IMG/VR virus record: IMGVR_UViG_3300032285_003393
Span: 37,704 to 101,703 of that record
Source: a virus
DNA length: 64,000 nucleotides
Direction: 5' to 3' (one strand)
This document shows, in pieces, positions 38,772 to 49,894 of this stretch (position 1 is its first letter; the number at the start of each line of letters is the position of its first letter). A program made the translations under genes and the position numbers. The notes beneath the pieces are model-generated. The model saw only the letters and a list, made by a program, of their open reading frames with translations, was not told the origin of the DNA and made no database searches.

Positions 38772-40331
38772 TTACTTTACTTTCCTACCTTCGCCTTTTC
38801 TAGCCCGCCCAGAAACTGCTTCTTCTGGTGCTGCTGCTCGTTGTTGATCTCTTGCACGACTGTCTGTTATCTGTGCCTTATCTTCAGATTTGTCTCCTGC
38901 ACTCAAATCAAGGACTTCTTGACCTGAATCTATTGGGTTCATTCCCATACGCATTCTAATTTCATTAGGCAAGATTACCTGAGTCTGTAGATAAATCTGG
39001 TCAATTTGAGCTTGTGCCAATTCATCTGTAAGAGTAAGTTCATTGAACTTAAGCGTAAAGGCATTAGTAAATTCAGCAATAATTCTATTTATTTGAATCT
39101 CTAAAGCATCTTGTGCTGGACGTGTAACCTGCTCTTTAAATATCTTATCATCTAATGGGCTAGGCGTTCCGTAACCAATTTTTGAAAGAGGGGTTCTATG
39201 TGAAATAAGTATACGATCTCTATTTTCCAACGCATAGTTCTTAAAGGAAGAATCCTGCATTCCCGCTTCTATAGCCTTCATGTCAAATTCAACACGAGAG
39301 TTTTCTCCATCTGAAGGAAGTGGAATATAAAGAGTTCTGTGATTTCTGCCCCTTAAGCCAATCTGGAAAAATTCAAGAAGTTTACGCTCTGAATCTGCGT
39401 TTAACTTAGCACCCTTTACAGTAATGATGTAGCGTGGGACTGCTTTGTTCTCAAAGTAATCTAGGTTATATCTTTGTGCAAATTCATCTCCCGCTACCGC
39501 ATTCTTTGCAGATAGGATATCTGGCACTCCATAGTAAGTATTTGTTGGAGTATATTTCTTAAAATGAATAACTTCGTTAGGACGAGGATCTGTGCCTATT
39601 TGGTCCTGTGTGGTCCTATCGCCGAAGTTTCTGAAATAGGTATATCGGTTGTATACAACCTGCACAAAACCGTCTCTATGACGGCGTATACGCATTGTAA
39701 TGGCAGGTATATGGCCTATGTATCCAATATCTCCATTTGACGTACGACCAATTTCAAGATATCCGTTTCCAGTAACTTCATAATCTGTATAAACCTTTTT
39801 AATAACTTCTTCAAATGAATCATCTGAGTTTAAAGATTCAATCTTTTCTCTCATAGAAACCTTTGCTCTAGAAATGCTTCTGCGTAGTTTATCTAACTTC
39901 TTTTCATCTTCAGATGCATCTTCTAATTTATCAAGAAGTCTTTGAGTTTCTTCAAACTTATACCCTAAACCAACAACATTTGAAGTTTTGGCATTAATTG
40001 CAGCATGGTGATATGGTGAAATATCAAATAGCTGTGCCAAGTACATAACGTTGTATGGGGGTTGTACAATTTGAAATAATGAATAACCTGTAAGATCTAG
40101 CGGGTCAAGTTTCTTAGACTTTGCATCTCCCTGTCCCGTAAATGCTTTTTGTAAACGACGAGAAGCGTTACGGCGGAAATTAGAATTTAAGCCATCAAGC
40201 TTTAAAATTTCGTTGGCATCTGCCATAAATGGATCGCCAAAATCATTTTCAGATGTTGTGTATGCAGTACCTAATTGTACTTGAATACCATTGTCATCAT
40301 CGTCATCTGCAATATTTGCTGTATGATTCAT
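38772..40331 (-). CDS. Portal protein
   Basis: GNGYLEI, NEVIHFK, YYGVPD, YFENKAVP, PNEIRMRMG. Confidence 0.92.
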   Translation of the reverse strand: MNHTANIADDDDDNGIQVQLGTAYTTSENDFGDPFMADANEILKLDGLNSNFRRNASRRLQKAFTGQGDAKSKKLDPLDLTGYSLFQIVQPPYNVMYLAQLFDISPYHHAAINAKTSNVVGLGYKFEETQRLLDKLEDASEDEKKLDKLRRSISRAKVSMREKIESLNSDDSFEEVIKKVYTDYEVTGNGYLEIGRTSNGDIGYIGHIPAITMRIRRHRDGFVQVVYNRYTYFRNFGDRTTQDQIGTDPRPNEVIHFKKYTPTNTYYGVPDILSAKNAVAGDEFAQRYNLDYFENKAVPRYIITVKGAKLNADSERKLLEFFQIGLRGRNHRTLYIPLPSDGENSRVEFDMKAIEAGMQDSSFKNYALENRDRILISHRTPLSKIGYGTPSPLDDKIFKEQVTRPAQDALEIQINRIIAEFTNAFTLKFNELTLTDELAQAQIDQIYLQTQVILPNEIRMRMGMNPIDSGQEVLDLSAGDKSEDKAQITDSRARDQQRAAAPEEAVSGRARKGEGRKVK

Positions 40332-40666
40332 TAGATTATCCCCATTTTTTTCTTATTTACTAAATCTTCTTTAAGTGCTGGAATGTCCCATTCATCTGCT
40401 ACAAGTCCCCACTCTAATCTTTGCTTTTGAAGTTCGTACTCTTCATCAGTAACTGGTCTATGACCTGATTGCCACAAGGGTTTACCCTCTTCAATTCCAT
40501 AATCTTTTGCAAAATTACGCAATGCATTTATTTTGGTAACATCTCCTTTTGTAGCATAGATGCACATATAGTTTCCATCTTCGTCTGTAACGACTTTACC
40601 ATCAGGCATCTGCCAGAGATAGACCCCGTAGTTTACCTCTTCTACTTCAGTTACTTTCATTTTCAT
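40331..40666 (-). CDS. Hypothetical protein upstream of portal
   Basis: 111-aa ORF, apparently leaderless, stop coupled to portal start. Confidence 0.65.
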   Translation of the reverse strand: MKMKVTEVEEVNYGVYLWQMPDGKVVTDEDGNYMCIYATKGDVTKINALRNFAKDYGIEEGKPLWQSGHRPVTDEEYELQKQRLEWGLVADEWDIPALKEDLVNKKKMGII

Positions 40667-40713
40667 AACATCATTTTACCATTTCTGTATATTTAAACAT
40701 AAAAAATAGACTA

Positions 40714-43700
40714 CTATGTACCAATTTTATGTGGAATAGGCATATCTTTTTGCATATCAAAGTTTACGGGGATAGAGGTTGTATCCATGTAGTTATCATT
40801 GGATGCAATAGAAGTACTATTATATACAAATAGACTAAACCTGTCCAGGGCATCTTTCTGAGTCATTCTTGTTTCCCAGATATTAATAAATCCATAACTT
40901 GCTTCTGGGCCTATATCTGTAGATGTACCATTTAAGTATATATCTCCAGCATAAGGAGCTTCTGAGTCTATGTAGACTCCCAGTACGGTTCCCGCTTCTA
41001 TCATCCAAGCATCTGTATATATTATTTGTCCTGATGCGTTTGCTAAATTTAGTGCTGGGGCACAAAGACCAGTTCCAGATGAAGTTCCAGTTGTAGACCC
41101 TGCTATTGTAAACTGTGTAGTATTTAAAACTGTAACAGATTTACTTGTTTGATTATATCCTGTTGGAGTAAATCCTGTTATTGTTACTATATCTCCTGTT
41201 GTCAATCCATGTGCTGCTGCACCTTGTGTTGTATATGTAATGATAGTACCATTTCCAGAAGCAGTTGATAAATTAACATTTGGAGTATTGCTTAATCTTG
41301 CAACTAAGTTCTTTGCAGATGTAGCTCCTGTTACTGTTACTCTTGCAGATGCTCTTGTCCAAGATCCTACTGTTAAAGTTGCTGAAGTTGAATTTGAAGT
41401 TGTAGCTCCAGATGTTTCTGCTGTAAGTGAAACTGTTCTTCCTGCTATTGTTGATCCTGCAGGAATATAAAAATATGCAGAAATAGTATATGTTCCTGAT
41501 GCCAATGTCGCTGGAGTATAAGCAATATTTGAATCTGTTGTGCTTGACATTGTTACTCTACCACTATACGTTCCAGAGTATTGATATGTTGAATTTCTTA
41601 CAACACCACTTGTTTGTGCTGATGACCATCCAGTATTGTTTGTTTCAAATGATGGATTTGTAATTAAATCAGTTCTATTTAAAATTACAGAAATGTGTAA
41701 AGGGTTATATGGATTAACAGAATAAACTCCAGTTACTTCTGAGGCAGCTGCTGCACTTGCAGCATTTTCAATTGTATATCCATTTATATAAACAGATTTA
41801 ATGTTTGAATTCCAGCCAAATCTGCCATTTGAATCAGTATACAAATCTGGATATCCTGCAATTGTAGAATCTCCCACCAAGATCTTTTTTGATTGATAGT
41901 TGGTATCTCCCCTAAACCAGAAATCTAGCCCTGCTATATTTTTATTATAAACATTTTTAATCTTTGCATAGCCTGGGATAGATGAGTCGCTACTGCTATA
42001 TGCAAATAATAAACCTAGATTATTTGGTCTTGCTTGAATTGGCTTACTGTGATTCTTTATTGTAAAAGATGTACCATTTGCACTTCTTGACCCTGGAGTC
42101 AATAAGAAAGATTCTCCATCTGAATAGAAATTCATGTTTCTGTAGAATCCAATAGATAAGTTGTTAAAGGATTGATTAGTATCTTGAACATCATATTTAG
42201 TAATCATTGTCACTCTAATTCTCATATTGGCTAATTTATTAGAGAAGTTAAATCCTGTGATTGGCCCACCATTTCTTGATAAGGCATACCAGTTTTGCTC
42301 TTGATGGGCTACAGTTGGGTCATTAAAAGAATATTCTACAAGACAGTTGTTTGTTGAATTCCAGTCCACCTTAGACCCCGCAATTGAATCAAGTGCTGAA
42401 AGAGGAAGTGTAGTAATCCAGTATCCCATTTGATAAACTGGAAAAGATTGTGTAGAAGCAACAGAGTTATACAAATCATAGTAGTATTGTAATGGACAAG
42501 AATATTTGATTATTCCATTCCAAGGATACCCGTTTGAATAATAGTATCCATTTATATATTTATTTGTGAAGTCTGATACATACACATCTGAAATTCCTAA
42601 ATATGAGAATATGCTTGAGTTTGCAAGTAAGTTAGATAAATCGTTTCCATTATGATAGCTTTGACCTACTGTTAATATGCTATTTGAAGCAAAAACAAAA
42701 GTTTGAGAATATGGAGAGCTTTGAGTTGTTATATCACTTAAAGATACTGAACTTTCTGATACTGCAGATATAACTGTCAATATGGCAGAATTATTTGTTA
42801 GAGATACTGCTATCTTGTGATAAGGCTTTGTATAGTTTGGAGTAACTGAACCAATAGTAGTGATTGTTCCTCCATTAAGGACATCATAATATTTTAGGTT
42901 ATAAGTATTGCTTGATCTATCAATAAATAGAGTAGAAGATCCATTTACATTACTTATTGCAAATATATATTCATCAGGATGAGATACCGATGGTTCTACA
43001 ACTAGGCTAATAGTGCATGGGTTTGATGATAGTTTTCCAAAATCATTAAAGTCAAGTCCCGCCTTTCCTCCAATCCAATCTGCTCCAGATCCGTCTGAAG
43101 GAACTGACAATACACTTGTTTTATCTAAGTTGTTAAAACTTATTCTATTTATTTTTTGAGGTTGCAATCCAGTTGATGAAATATTGAGATTATATATATC
43201 AGAATAATCGTTAAAATCTTTATTTGAAAAATTCTTTGAGTAAGCAAAATTGCTAGTATTTTCTTCTAGGTCAAATATATGGTTTCCATATTGTATAGAA
43301 TCTTTAACTGGCTTGTTGTCATAGAACGCCCATTTAATGTGATTAGCAAGCTGCCTTTCAGTAAGGATATAATCATAAAATGTTAAGTTAGACAATAATA
43401 CATATTGGTTATTCTGTAGCTGCTGAGTTCTTAGTGTATTAGTAGATGGATCAACATATGTAAACCCACCAGAGAATCTAAATATCATGTTATAGTAGTT
43501 GTTTAGAATATTTGCGTCTTGATATAAACCATTTCCTACATATGCAGAAATACCGCTCTTTCCATTAATAGAAACGTTAATTGTTTTATTGGAATATGTA
43601 ACATAGATATGCATTGGAGAGTCTATATCGCTTACTACAGAATAGGCTTTATCATATGACCCATCAGCTTGTGGAACGTAAAATTCAATAGAGTTTGTTT

Positions 43701-44304
43701 GTTGATTATAAAAAACAGAAGCGTAGTTATTAAAGTATTGTGTTCCAGAAAGTGAAGTATAGTACCCAATTGAAATCAAAAGTATCTTTGGATAAGAATT
43801 AATGCTGCTTCTAAAACCTATATCTGATCTATAGTTATTTGTAGCAAAACTATCGTAGGTAGTAAAATCTAGCCCCTGCCCGTCTTGCCAATCTAATGAC
43901 AACCAAAACTCTGCTGCCCAAGTGTGCGGGTTTGAAGATGGAACAAAAACATCATAAACGTTTTTAATTTCAATAGACGAAGATGCTCCTAATTTTACAG
44001 AAGTTTGGTTTCCCATAACTATAGGACTAAAGTAACTTAATCCTGTAAGATATGGAGTATTGTTTTTTGCAGTTTGATCAATAACCTTCAATGTATTAAT
44101 TGAAGCATAATTTGAAAAAGAACTGTACAGATTTCCATATGTACTATCATGTGGGTCTCCAGGGACTGGGGAGATTAAACGATTTACTCCATACCCACCG
44201 CCATATGGATTATAATTTAAATTTAAATCGTAATATTTATAATCGCTATCAATAGGAAAATATCCTAGAGGGTTGTCTCTATTTACTGAATAAAAATATG
44301 ACAT
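40714..44304 (-). CDS. Large virion protein with LamG-like and carbohydrate-binding (CBM4/9-like) domains
   Basis: DNPLGYFPID N-terminus, AAEFW, LITNPSFETNNTGW...YTISAYFY...WTRAS. Confidence 0.65.
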   Translation of the reverse strand: MSYFYSVNRDNPLGYFPIDSDYKYYDLNLNYNPYGGGYGVNRLISPVPGDPHDSTYGNLYSSFSNYASINTLKVIDQTAKNNTPYLTGLSYFSPIVMGNQTSVKLGASSSIEIKNVYDVFVPSSNPHTWAAEFWLSLDWQDGQGLDFTTYDSFATNNYRSDIGFRSSINSYPKILLISIGYYTSLSGTQYFNNYASVFYNQQTNSIEFYVPQADGSYDKAYSVVSDIDSPMHIYVTYSNKTINVSINGKSGISAYVGNGLYQDANILNNYYNMIFRFSGGFTYVDPSTNTLRTQQLQNNQYVLLSNLTFYDYILTERQLANHIKWAFYDNKPVKDSIQYGNHIFDLEENTSNFAYSKNFSNKDFNDYSDIYNLNISSTGLQPQKINRISFNNLDKTSVLSVPSDGSGADWIGGKAGLDFNDFGKLSSNPCTISLVVEPSVSHPDEYIFAISNVNGSSTLFIDRSSNTYNLKYYDVLNGGTITTIGSVTPNYTKPYHKIAVSLTNNSAILTVISAVSESSVSLSDITTQSSPYSQTFVFASNSILTVGQSYHNGNDLSNLLANSSIFSYLGISDVYVSDFTNKYINGYYYSNGYPWNGIIKYSCPLQYYYDLYNSVASTQSFPVYQMGYWITTLPLSALDSIAGSKVDWNSTNNCLVEYSFNDPTVAHQEQNWYALSRNGGPITGFNFSNKLANMRIRVTMITKYDVQDTNQSFNNLSIGFYRNMNFYSDGESFLLTPGSRSANGTSFTIKNHSKPIQARPNNLGLLFAYSSSDSSIPGYAKIKNVYNKNIAGLDFWFRGDTNYQSKKILVGDSTIAGYPDLYTDSNGRFGWNSNIKSVYINGYTIENAASAAAASEVTGVYSVNPYNPLHISVILNRTDLITNPSFETNNTGWSSAQTSGVVRNSTYQYSGTYSGRVTMSSTTDSNIAYTPATLASGTYTISAYFYIPAGSTIAGRTVSLTAETSGATTSNSTSATLTVGSWTRASARVTVTGATSAKNLVARLSNTPNVNLSTASGNGTIITYTTQGAAAHGLTTGDIVTITGFTPTGYNQTSKSVTVLNTTQFTIAGSTTGTSSGTGLCAPALNLANASGQIIYTDAWMIEAGTVLGVYIDSEAPYAGDIYLNGTSTDIGPEASYGFINIWETRMTQKDALDRFSLFVYNSTSIASNDNYMDTTSIPVNFDMQKDMPIPHKIGT

Positions 44305-44316
44305 TTAGCCCCCTAA

Positions 44317-45093
44317 TTATTGTGCAATCTTTGAAAGTCTCCATGTAACGTTAGTGGTAGTTGCATCAGTAACTGTAACTTGAAGAATTGCATTAGAAGC
44401 TGAATAGGATGCAAGAACATTCACTCCCGTCATAGAAGCACCAATTTCAACAATGCCATATTCAGAACTACTAACTATAGTAGATCCATCTGTAATAACA
44501 CGAATTGTTGATGCTCTGACTTTTGTTCCCTGTTTCATTTGTAAAAGATATTCAATTCCAATAAAAGAAGAAACAGCAACTGTGTCAATTGTAGTTGCTG
44601 TATTTGCTGTAAGCGTTCCAGAGGTTTGCGAGAAGCCAGTTCCCGTACCTGTTCCTGGGGTAAATGTTGGAGATGCCCAAGTTGGGGCTCCACCAGATAC
44701 TGTTAATACATAACCATTTGTTCCGATACCCAGCCAAGATGGGATACCGCTTGCGACAGAAAGTATTGATCCTGAACCGCCAATACTTAAAGTTGTTGCT
44801 GTTGATACTGCTGAGCCGTTAGAGCCAGCATAAATTATATCTCCCTTTGTCGTGAAGGGGACTGCTAAAGCTATCTGGGCATCTGCATAACCTTTGGTAG
44901 CTGCATGAGTGCTTAGTGTTGGAGTTCCAATTGTTAGCGTTCCGCCAGTCTCTCTGTACGGAATAGTATTTATCGCTGCAGTTGTTGTTATTTGGTTATC
45001 TATAGTTATTGCTAAGTTATAAATATCCGAAGGAACATCAACAGAGTCGGTAGATAGCGGATAAGGGAACCCCTTGGATGTTGTAGATGCCAT
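44317..45093 (-). CDS. Tail fibre-like structural protein
   Basis: TSKGFPYP, AATKGYAD, TTKGDIIY, GTNGYVLTVSGGAPTW fibre motifs. Confidence 0.65.
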   Translation of the reverse strand: MASTTSKGFPYPLSTDSVDVPSDIYNLAITIDNQITTTAAINTIPYRETGGTLTIGTPTLSTHAATKGYADAQIALAVPFTTKGDIIYAGSNGSAVSTATTLSIGGSGSILSVASGIPSWLGIGTNGYVLTVSGGAPTWASPTFTPGTGTGTGFSQTSGTLTANTATTIDTVAVSSFIGIEYLLQMKQGTKVRASTIRVITDGSTIVSSSEYGIVEIGASMTGVNVLASYSASNAILQVTVTDATTTNVTWRLSKIAQ

Positions 45094-45141
45094 AAAAGTA
45101 TTATACCAAAAATAGCCTGAAAAGCATTTAAATTGTTAGAA

Positions 45142-45168
45142 TATAGTGCATGTTATCCATGCACTATA
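45142..45168. terminator. Intergenic stem-loop, probable terminator
   Basis: Perfect 11-bp inverted repeat TATAGTGCATG / CATGCACTATA, 5-nt loop, just after the 45177 stop. Confidence 0.6.
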
Positions 45169-45176
45169 CAATAACA

Positions 45177-45419
45177 TTACTTTGATGGAGTATCTGCAGC
45201 AGGAGTTGATTCTTCAACTGGTGCTGACGGATTTAATAGATAATCAATGTACTCTTTTGTCCACTTTTCAGCTTCATCAAAATCAGCCCAAGGCATTCCT
45301 AGTGGGTTAACTGGTTGACGCAAAAATGGAGCATCATTTTCATTCGGATTATCATCATTCCAAATTTCAACGACATTATCTTGATTAATATCGTATCTAT
45401 AGTTTTCTATGTTTTTCAA
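45177..45419 (-). CDS. Small acidic protein, possible fibre assembly chaperone
   Basis: TTG start at 45419 with GGGAGG RBS; PFLRQP..P.G.PW...EAEKW pattern. Confidence 0.55.
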   Translation of the reverse strand: MKNIENYRYDINQDNVVEIWNDDNPNENDAPFLRQPVNPLGMPWADFDEAEKWTKEYIDYLLNPSAPVEESTPAADTPSK

Positions 45420-46099
45420 GGTGCTATTCCCTCCCATGTTAGTTTCATCATTTTGTGATGTGTTACTTGAACTGTTGGATCAAAGTAAACCTCAAATCCT
45501 AGTTCATTTACTCTATGACACCACGAAGTGTCTTCTCCCATTATAGCAAATGGTAATTCTTGTCCGTCTGGTCCTTTAATTATATCATTTGATGCCTGAA
45601 ACCATGGTCTTGATAGGCTTTCAAAAACTCCGTTTTTTACACAGATAAAACCAAAACCTGCTGAATAAATCTTTTCAATTTCCTTCAAGTCCTTAACCTC
45701 TTCATAAGAGAAAGGCCTTCCAAATTTTTCTTTGTGTGCAACTACGGAGCCATTAGCCAATAGGTAGGCTCCAGAGATTACATCTTTGTCTGATGCATAT
45801 AATTTAATAACATCTTCTGCTTTCCAAGCAATATCGGAATCAATCCACATTATTTTATCATAGGTTATATCACCTTTAAATGGGCGAGAATCAAAAGGAT
45901 TCATCTCTGGCCCACCATTTAATGTCATCTCTCTAGCATCTCCTACATGAGAAGAATATTCATTTGAGTATCCCCAAGTAATACCTGCTTTATTTAATTC
46001 GTTGGCGGTCTCTAATAAACTTTTAACATATGAACCCATCAATGAATGTCCTGGAGTACAGATCATTAGATTGACATGATTTTTAATTTCTTTTGTCAT
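45416..46099 (-). CDS. GT-A fold glycosyltransferase-like protein inside the fibre block
   Basis: IMWIDSDI (DxD), VISGAY, AGFGFICVK, GEDTSWC, DPTVQVTH. Confidence 0.75.
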   Translation of the reverse strand: MTKEIKNHVNLMICTPGHSLMGSYVKSLLETANELNKAGITWGYSNEYSSHVGDAREMTLNGGPEMNPFDSRPFKGDITYDKIMWIDSDIAWKAEDVIKLYASDKDVISGAYLLANGSVVAHKEKFGRPFSYEEVKDLKEIEKIYSAGFGFICVKNGVFESLSRPWFQASNDIIKGPDGQELPFAIMGEDTSWCHRVNELGFEVYFDPTVQVTHHKMMKLTWEGIAP

Positions 46100-46116
46100 T
46101 TTACCTATTTTTCTAT

Positions 46117-49100
46117 TTAAGCATTTACCGAATATAAAGAGAATATAGACGGATAATATGTATTTGTTGTCGTAGTATTAATTGTACCAGATGCTAAATT
46201 ACCATTTTTATTAGCAATAAGAACTCTTCCAGTGCTTGGGTTATAAGCAACATTGTGATTATATGTAGATATCACTGATGCTTCAGATGGCAATGTTAAT
46301 GTAGACAAAGTTCCAGCTGAGGGGTTTAAAATAGCTACCTGTGCTGCATTTATAGAATATTTATTTTGTTTAGCATTTGTTGCAATTATAAATGTTGAAC
46401 CTGGTCCTGCATTTACTGATACTGGAGTTGAATAACATTCCATGTACTGATTGTAACCAGTATTGCCATAATAATAAGCTGCATAGAAACTAGCTGAAGT
46501 TAGATGATTAGCAGCGGGAAGAAAATATGAAGTCCATGTAATACTATCTGTGGATGTAAAAATATTTGCAGTTGTTCTAGAATTTGTCACAACACAAATA
46601 ACTCCTGTTGTTGAATTATAAGATACATCAACAACTCCTGCAGTTCCCATAGCTGTATTAAAATATACATTTGAATTTAATATACTTAAGTTTGCTGAAT
46701 AATTTAAGCTAGATGCTAGTGATCCATTATATGCATAAAAACTTGATCCTTGACCATTTGGACCACCCCCGTTTGCAGTTATAAATGAACTTCCATTATA
46801 AGCAATAGAATTTATTCCACCTAATTGTGTAGAGTTTGTTGCAAGAGTTACAGCAGTCCATGTAATTAAATCTGTTGATTGTTGAATTCCACCTGTTGTA
46901 AAATCAGAAGATCTGAAATTTGTAAATCCTAAGTAGTTTTGATTCCATATACTTGACTGATAAGAATAAGTAGATCCTTGTTGAGAACCTAACATATACG
47001 CATAATTTGAGATAGATGGCTTAGTTACATGATTAGAATATGTTGCATAGTATTTTCCATTTAAATAATCTAAATCATTAATTTGATATCCGATTGTAAT
47101 GCCAGATGTTCTTGCTGTCCAAGTTGTTCCATCAGTAGATGTATATATATTTCCTTCAAGAGTTCCTACAACATATGTTGTATTTAAATATGCAACAGAA
47201 GTAATAGTTTCAAGAGTAGTAGATAAAGAACGTGCAGTCCATGTTATTGTATCTGTTGATGTGTATAGCCTTCCGCCTAAACCTGCAGCAAGATAGAGAT
47301 TGTTTCCATAAGCTACAGAATTAATTTGTAAAGATATAGATTCAAGAGAAGGATCAGCAACAGTTGATCCAGTATTTATAGGACTATATAGATAATAACT
47401 TGCAGTTGAAGTAGCCATTGTTGGATAATATGTCAAGCCGTCGTTGCTGGAAGTACTTGCGTTTATAGTATAAGATTCATTTGTAATATATCTAGTTGCC
47501 CATGTAGAACCATCAATAGAAGTTGGAGTAATAATTGTTCCATTAGATGTACCCAGTATAACTGGATAAGCTGATGATGTATAGGTGAATGGAAGGGCTG
47601 TATTTATGCTTGATGTAACTCCAGATGATCTTACTGTCCAAGTGATACCATCGGTAGATGTTGTCAAGGTTCCACTATCGCCTGCAGCAACAAATAACCA
47701 TTGTCCATTTGCTTGAGGTCTTCCAGTAATTACTCTAATTGCAGTTGTTCCAAAGCCAGATGTTCTAGAGTTCCAGGTTGTTCCATCGGTAGATGTTGAT
47801 AAAGAACCATTATCTCCACCGATTATATATAAACCTGCTCCATATGCAATAGCTCTAATTGCATTTGCACCAAAACCAGATGTACGGGAAACAAAAGTTG
47901 GAGAACTCCATGTAGTATTTGTACTTGCATATGTATAAAGTGCTCCTGCTGCTCCGCCTACTAAGTATAGATTGTTGGCCCATACAAATGCATTCCATGT
48001 TCCAGCTAATGACGTTGTTGCAGCTGCACCGAATTCGCTTGTTGAATATTGATATAAAGTTGATGCACTTGCAATTAATATTAAAAATCCTGCAGTATTT
48101 GGAGCATCGCAAACAAATGGAGTTGTTGTATATGAAGTACTTGAAGCAGTCCAGGCATTAGTATAAGCTGTTGAAGTATGGCCAAAGACCTTTCCAGAAT
48201 TATCAAGAAGTCTAGTGTAGTTATTTGGAGAAGAATATGAACTAACAAAATAAGTATATGTAGGCACAATAAGCGGAGGAGATACTGTCATAATTGAGCC
48301 ATAGTTTGTACCATTTACATATATTCTTAATCCTGCTGGGGCTCCAGGCATCGGGGTACTACCAAAATTATAATTTGAAGTATTCACATATGGGTTTGCA
48401 GTTAAACCTACTATATGAGATCCATATGGCAAAATTCTATGTGTAAAACCATAAGTAGTACTATAGCTTGCTAAATATGAAGTATTCATATTATTCATAG
48501 CAGTCCATGTTATTCCATCAGTAGATCCATAGAGGTTCTGGACGACTGTTGCGCCTGTTGGTAATGGTAGAGCATAAAATGTTGTTCCAATTACTGTAAA
48601 GTTATAGTTTGATCCGCTTGCTGGTTGCGTCGGATTTGTCCAAGTAACTGCATCTGTAGAACGATAAAAAGTAGCAGTATTGTAGTTACTAGCAAGAAGA
48701 AAAGCAGTTCCATTATGAACAACATTTGATCCACATACGCCAGTTGCAGTAATTGTAGTCCATGTAACTGCATCTGTTGATGTAAAAATAAAGTTAACTG
48801 CACCAGTTGATCCACCTGCTGCAACATATTTACCGCCACCATATGCTAAACCGACTATGGAAGGTTGAGTTGGTACAGTTCCAAAAGCCCATGTAACTGC
48901 ATCCGTACTGACTAAAATATTACTTGATGCGCTTCCTTGTCCAAGACCAATTACATATTTTGTACCATATACTCCATTATATGCAGTAGAAAAAGCTGCA
49001 GAAGTAAATCTTTGTGTCCAAGTTATTGTGTCTGTAGATGTATATAGAAAACCAGCTGAGCCATTATACATGGTAGCAATCCATAAGTTATTTAAATAAT

Positions 49101-49893
49101 GTATTGTAGCGTAGCCTACTGTGTCACTTGTTGCAGTTACTGGCATTGTTCTTGCTACCCAGGTAGCTCCTCCGTCTGCAGATACAAGTAAAGTATTTAA
49201 ATATATTGCTGAAAATGCAGCTATTAATCCATTTCCTGCAGTAGCAAATGATGCTTGTTTATCAGTTTTATTGCCACTTCCACCAATAAAAGCATTGGCT
49301 GAAACAATTTGTGTTGGTACTACTGATGAAGCATTCAATGGATTTTCACTTGTATCTATAACAGTTAAATTATTTTCTATGGTAATTACTCCTTGACTAT
49401 TTGAAAAAGATATGAGCCTACCATCTTTTGTAAGAATATAACCTTGTCCATTTGATCCATTACCAGATAGTAATTGATTTGTTGCATTTGCGCCACTTGT
49501 GGCAGAATAATATCTTGGAGTAATACTTGCAATTGCAGGAGCATTGTTTAATACTGGTCTTGCTGTTGCAGAAGTATATGGATATGTAACTGTTGGGATT
49601 GTTCCGCCAGTAATTGAAAGTGTTGAAGGAGTTGATGCATAAAAATAAACTGGAGCTCCAGTAGAACTAAATGTTCCAGATACATTTCCACTTCCAGTAA
49701 ATGTATAATTTATGGGAACTCCTGGATTAGTACCTACTCCATCATCAATGATATCTGCTGTAATAGCATACTTTCCAGCTGCCAGCGTTCCATTATATGT
49801 ATATGTTCCAGTTGGCTGATATGTTGCAAAAAGCTGAGCCGTTGCATTTCTTGGGCTAGAAGATGGGGATGAAGGATAGGTTGACTGTGCCAT
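46117..49893 (-). CDS. Beta-propeller repeat protein (Asp-box/BNR-like), probable receptor-binding or virion appendage
   Basis: Many (T/V)STD(G/A/T)xTWT repeats preceded by AYGxxxY blades. Confidence 0.75.
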   Translation of the reverse strand: MAQSTYPSSPSSSPRNATAQLFATYQPTGTYTYNGTLAAGKYAITADIIDDGVGTNPGVPINYTFTGSGNVSGTFSSTGAPVYFYASTPSTLSITGGTIPTVTYPYTSATARPVLNNAPAIASITPRYYSATSGANATNQLLSGNGSNGQGYILTKDGRLISFSNSQGVITIENNLTVIDTSENPLNASSVVPTQIVSANAFIGGSGNKTDKQASFATAGNGLIAAFSAIYLNTLLVSADGGATWVARTMPVTATSDTVGYATIHYLNNLWIATMYNGSAGFLYTSTDTITWTQRFTSAAFSTAYNGVYGTKYVIGLGQGSASSNILVSTDAVTWAFGTVPTQPSIVGLAYGGGKYVAAGGSTGAVNFIFTSTDAVTWTTITATGVCGSNVVHNGTAFLLASNYNTATFYRSTDAVTWTNPTQPASGSNYNFTVIGTTFYALPLPTGATVVQNLYGSTDGITWTAMNNMNTSYLASYSTTYGFTHRILPYGSHIVGLTANPYVNTSNYNFGSTPMPGAPAGLRIYVNGTNYGSIMTVSPPLIVPTYTYFVSSYSSPNNYTRLLDNSGKVFGHTSTAYTNAWTASSTSYTTTPFVCDAPNTAGFLILIASASTLYQYSTSEFGAAATTSLAGTWNAFVWANNLYLVGGAAGALYTYASTNTTWSSPTFVSRTSGFGANAIRAIAYGAGLYIIGGDNGSLSTSTDGTTWNSRTSGFGTTAIRVITGRPQANGQWLFVAAGDSGTLTTSTDGITWTVRSSGVTSSINTALPFTYTSSAYPVILGTSNGTIITPTSIDGSTWATRYITNESYTINASTSSNDGLTYYPTMATSTASYYLYSPINTGSTVADPSLESISLQINSVAYGNNLYLAAGLGGRLYTSTDTITWTARSLSTTLETITSVAYLNTTYVVGTLEGNIYTSTDGTTWTARTSGITIGYQINDLDYLNGKYYATYSNHVTKPSISNYAYMLGSQQGSTYSYQSSIWNQNYLGFTNFRSSDFTTGGIQQSTDLITWTAVTLATNSTQLGGINSIAYNGSSFITANGGGPNGQGSSFYAYNGSLASSLNYSANLSILNSNVYFNTAMGTAGVVDVSYNSTTGVICVVTNSRTTANIFTSTDSITWTSYFLPAANHLTSASFYAAYYYGNTGYNQYMECYSTPVSVNAGPGSTFIIATNAKQNKYSINAAQVAILNPSAGTLSTLTLPSEASVISTYNHNVAYNPSTGRVLIANKNGNLASGTINTTTTNTYYPSIFSLYSVNA

Positions 49894-49894
49894 T

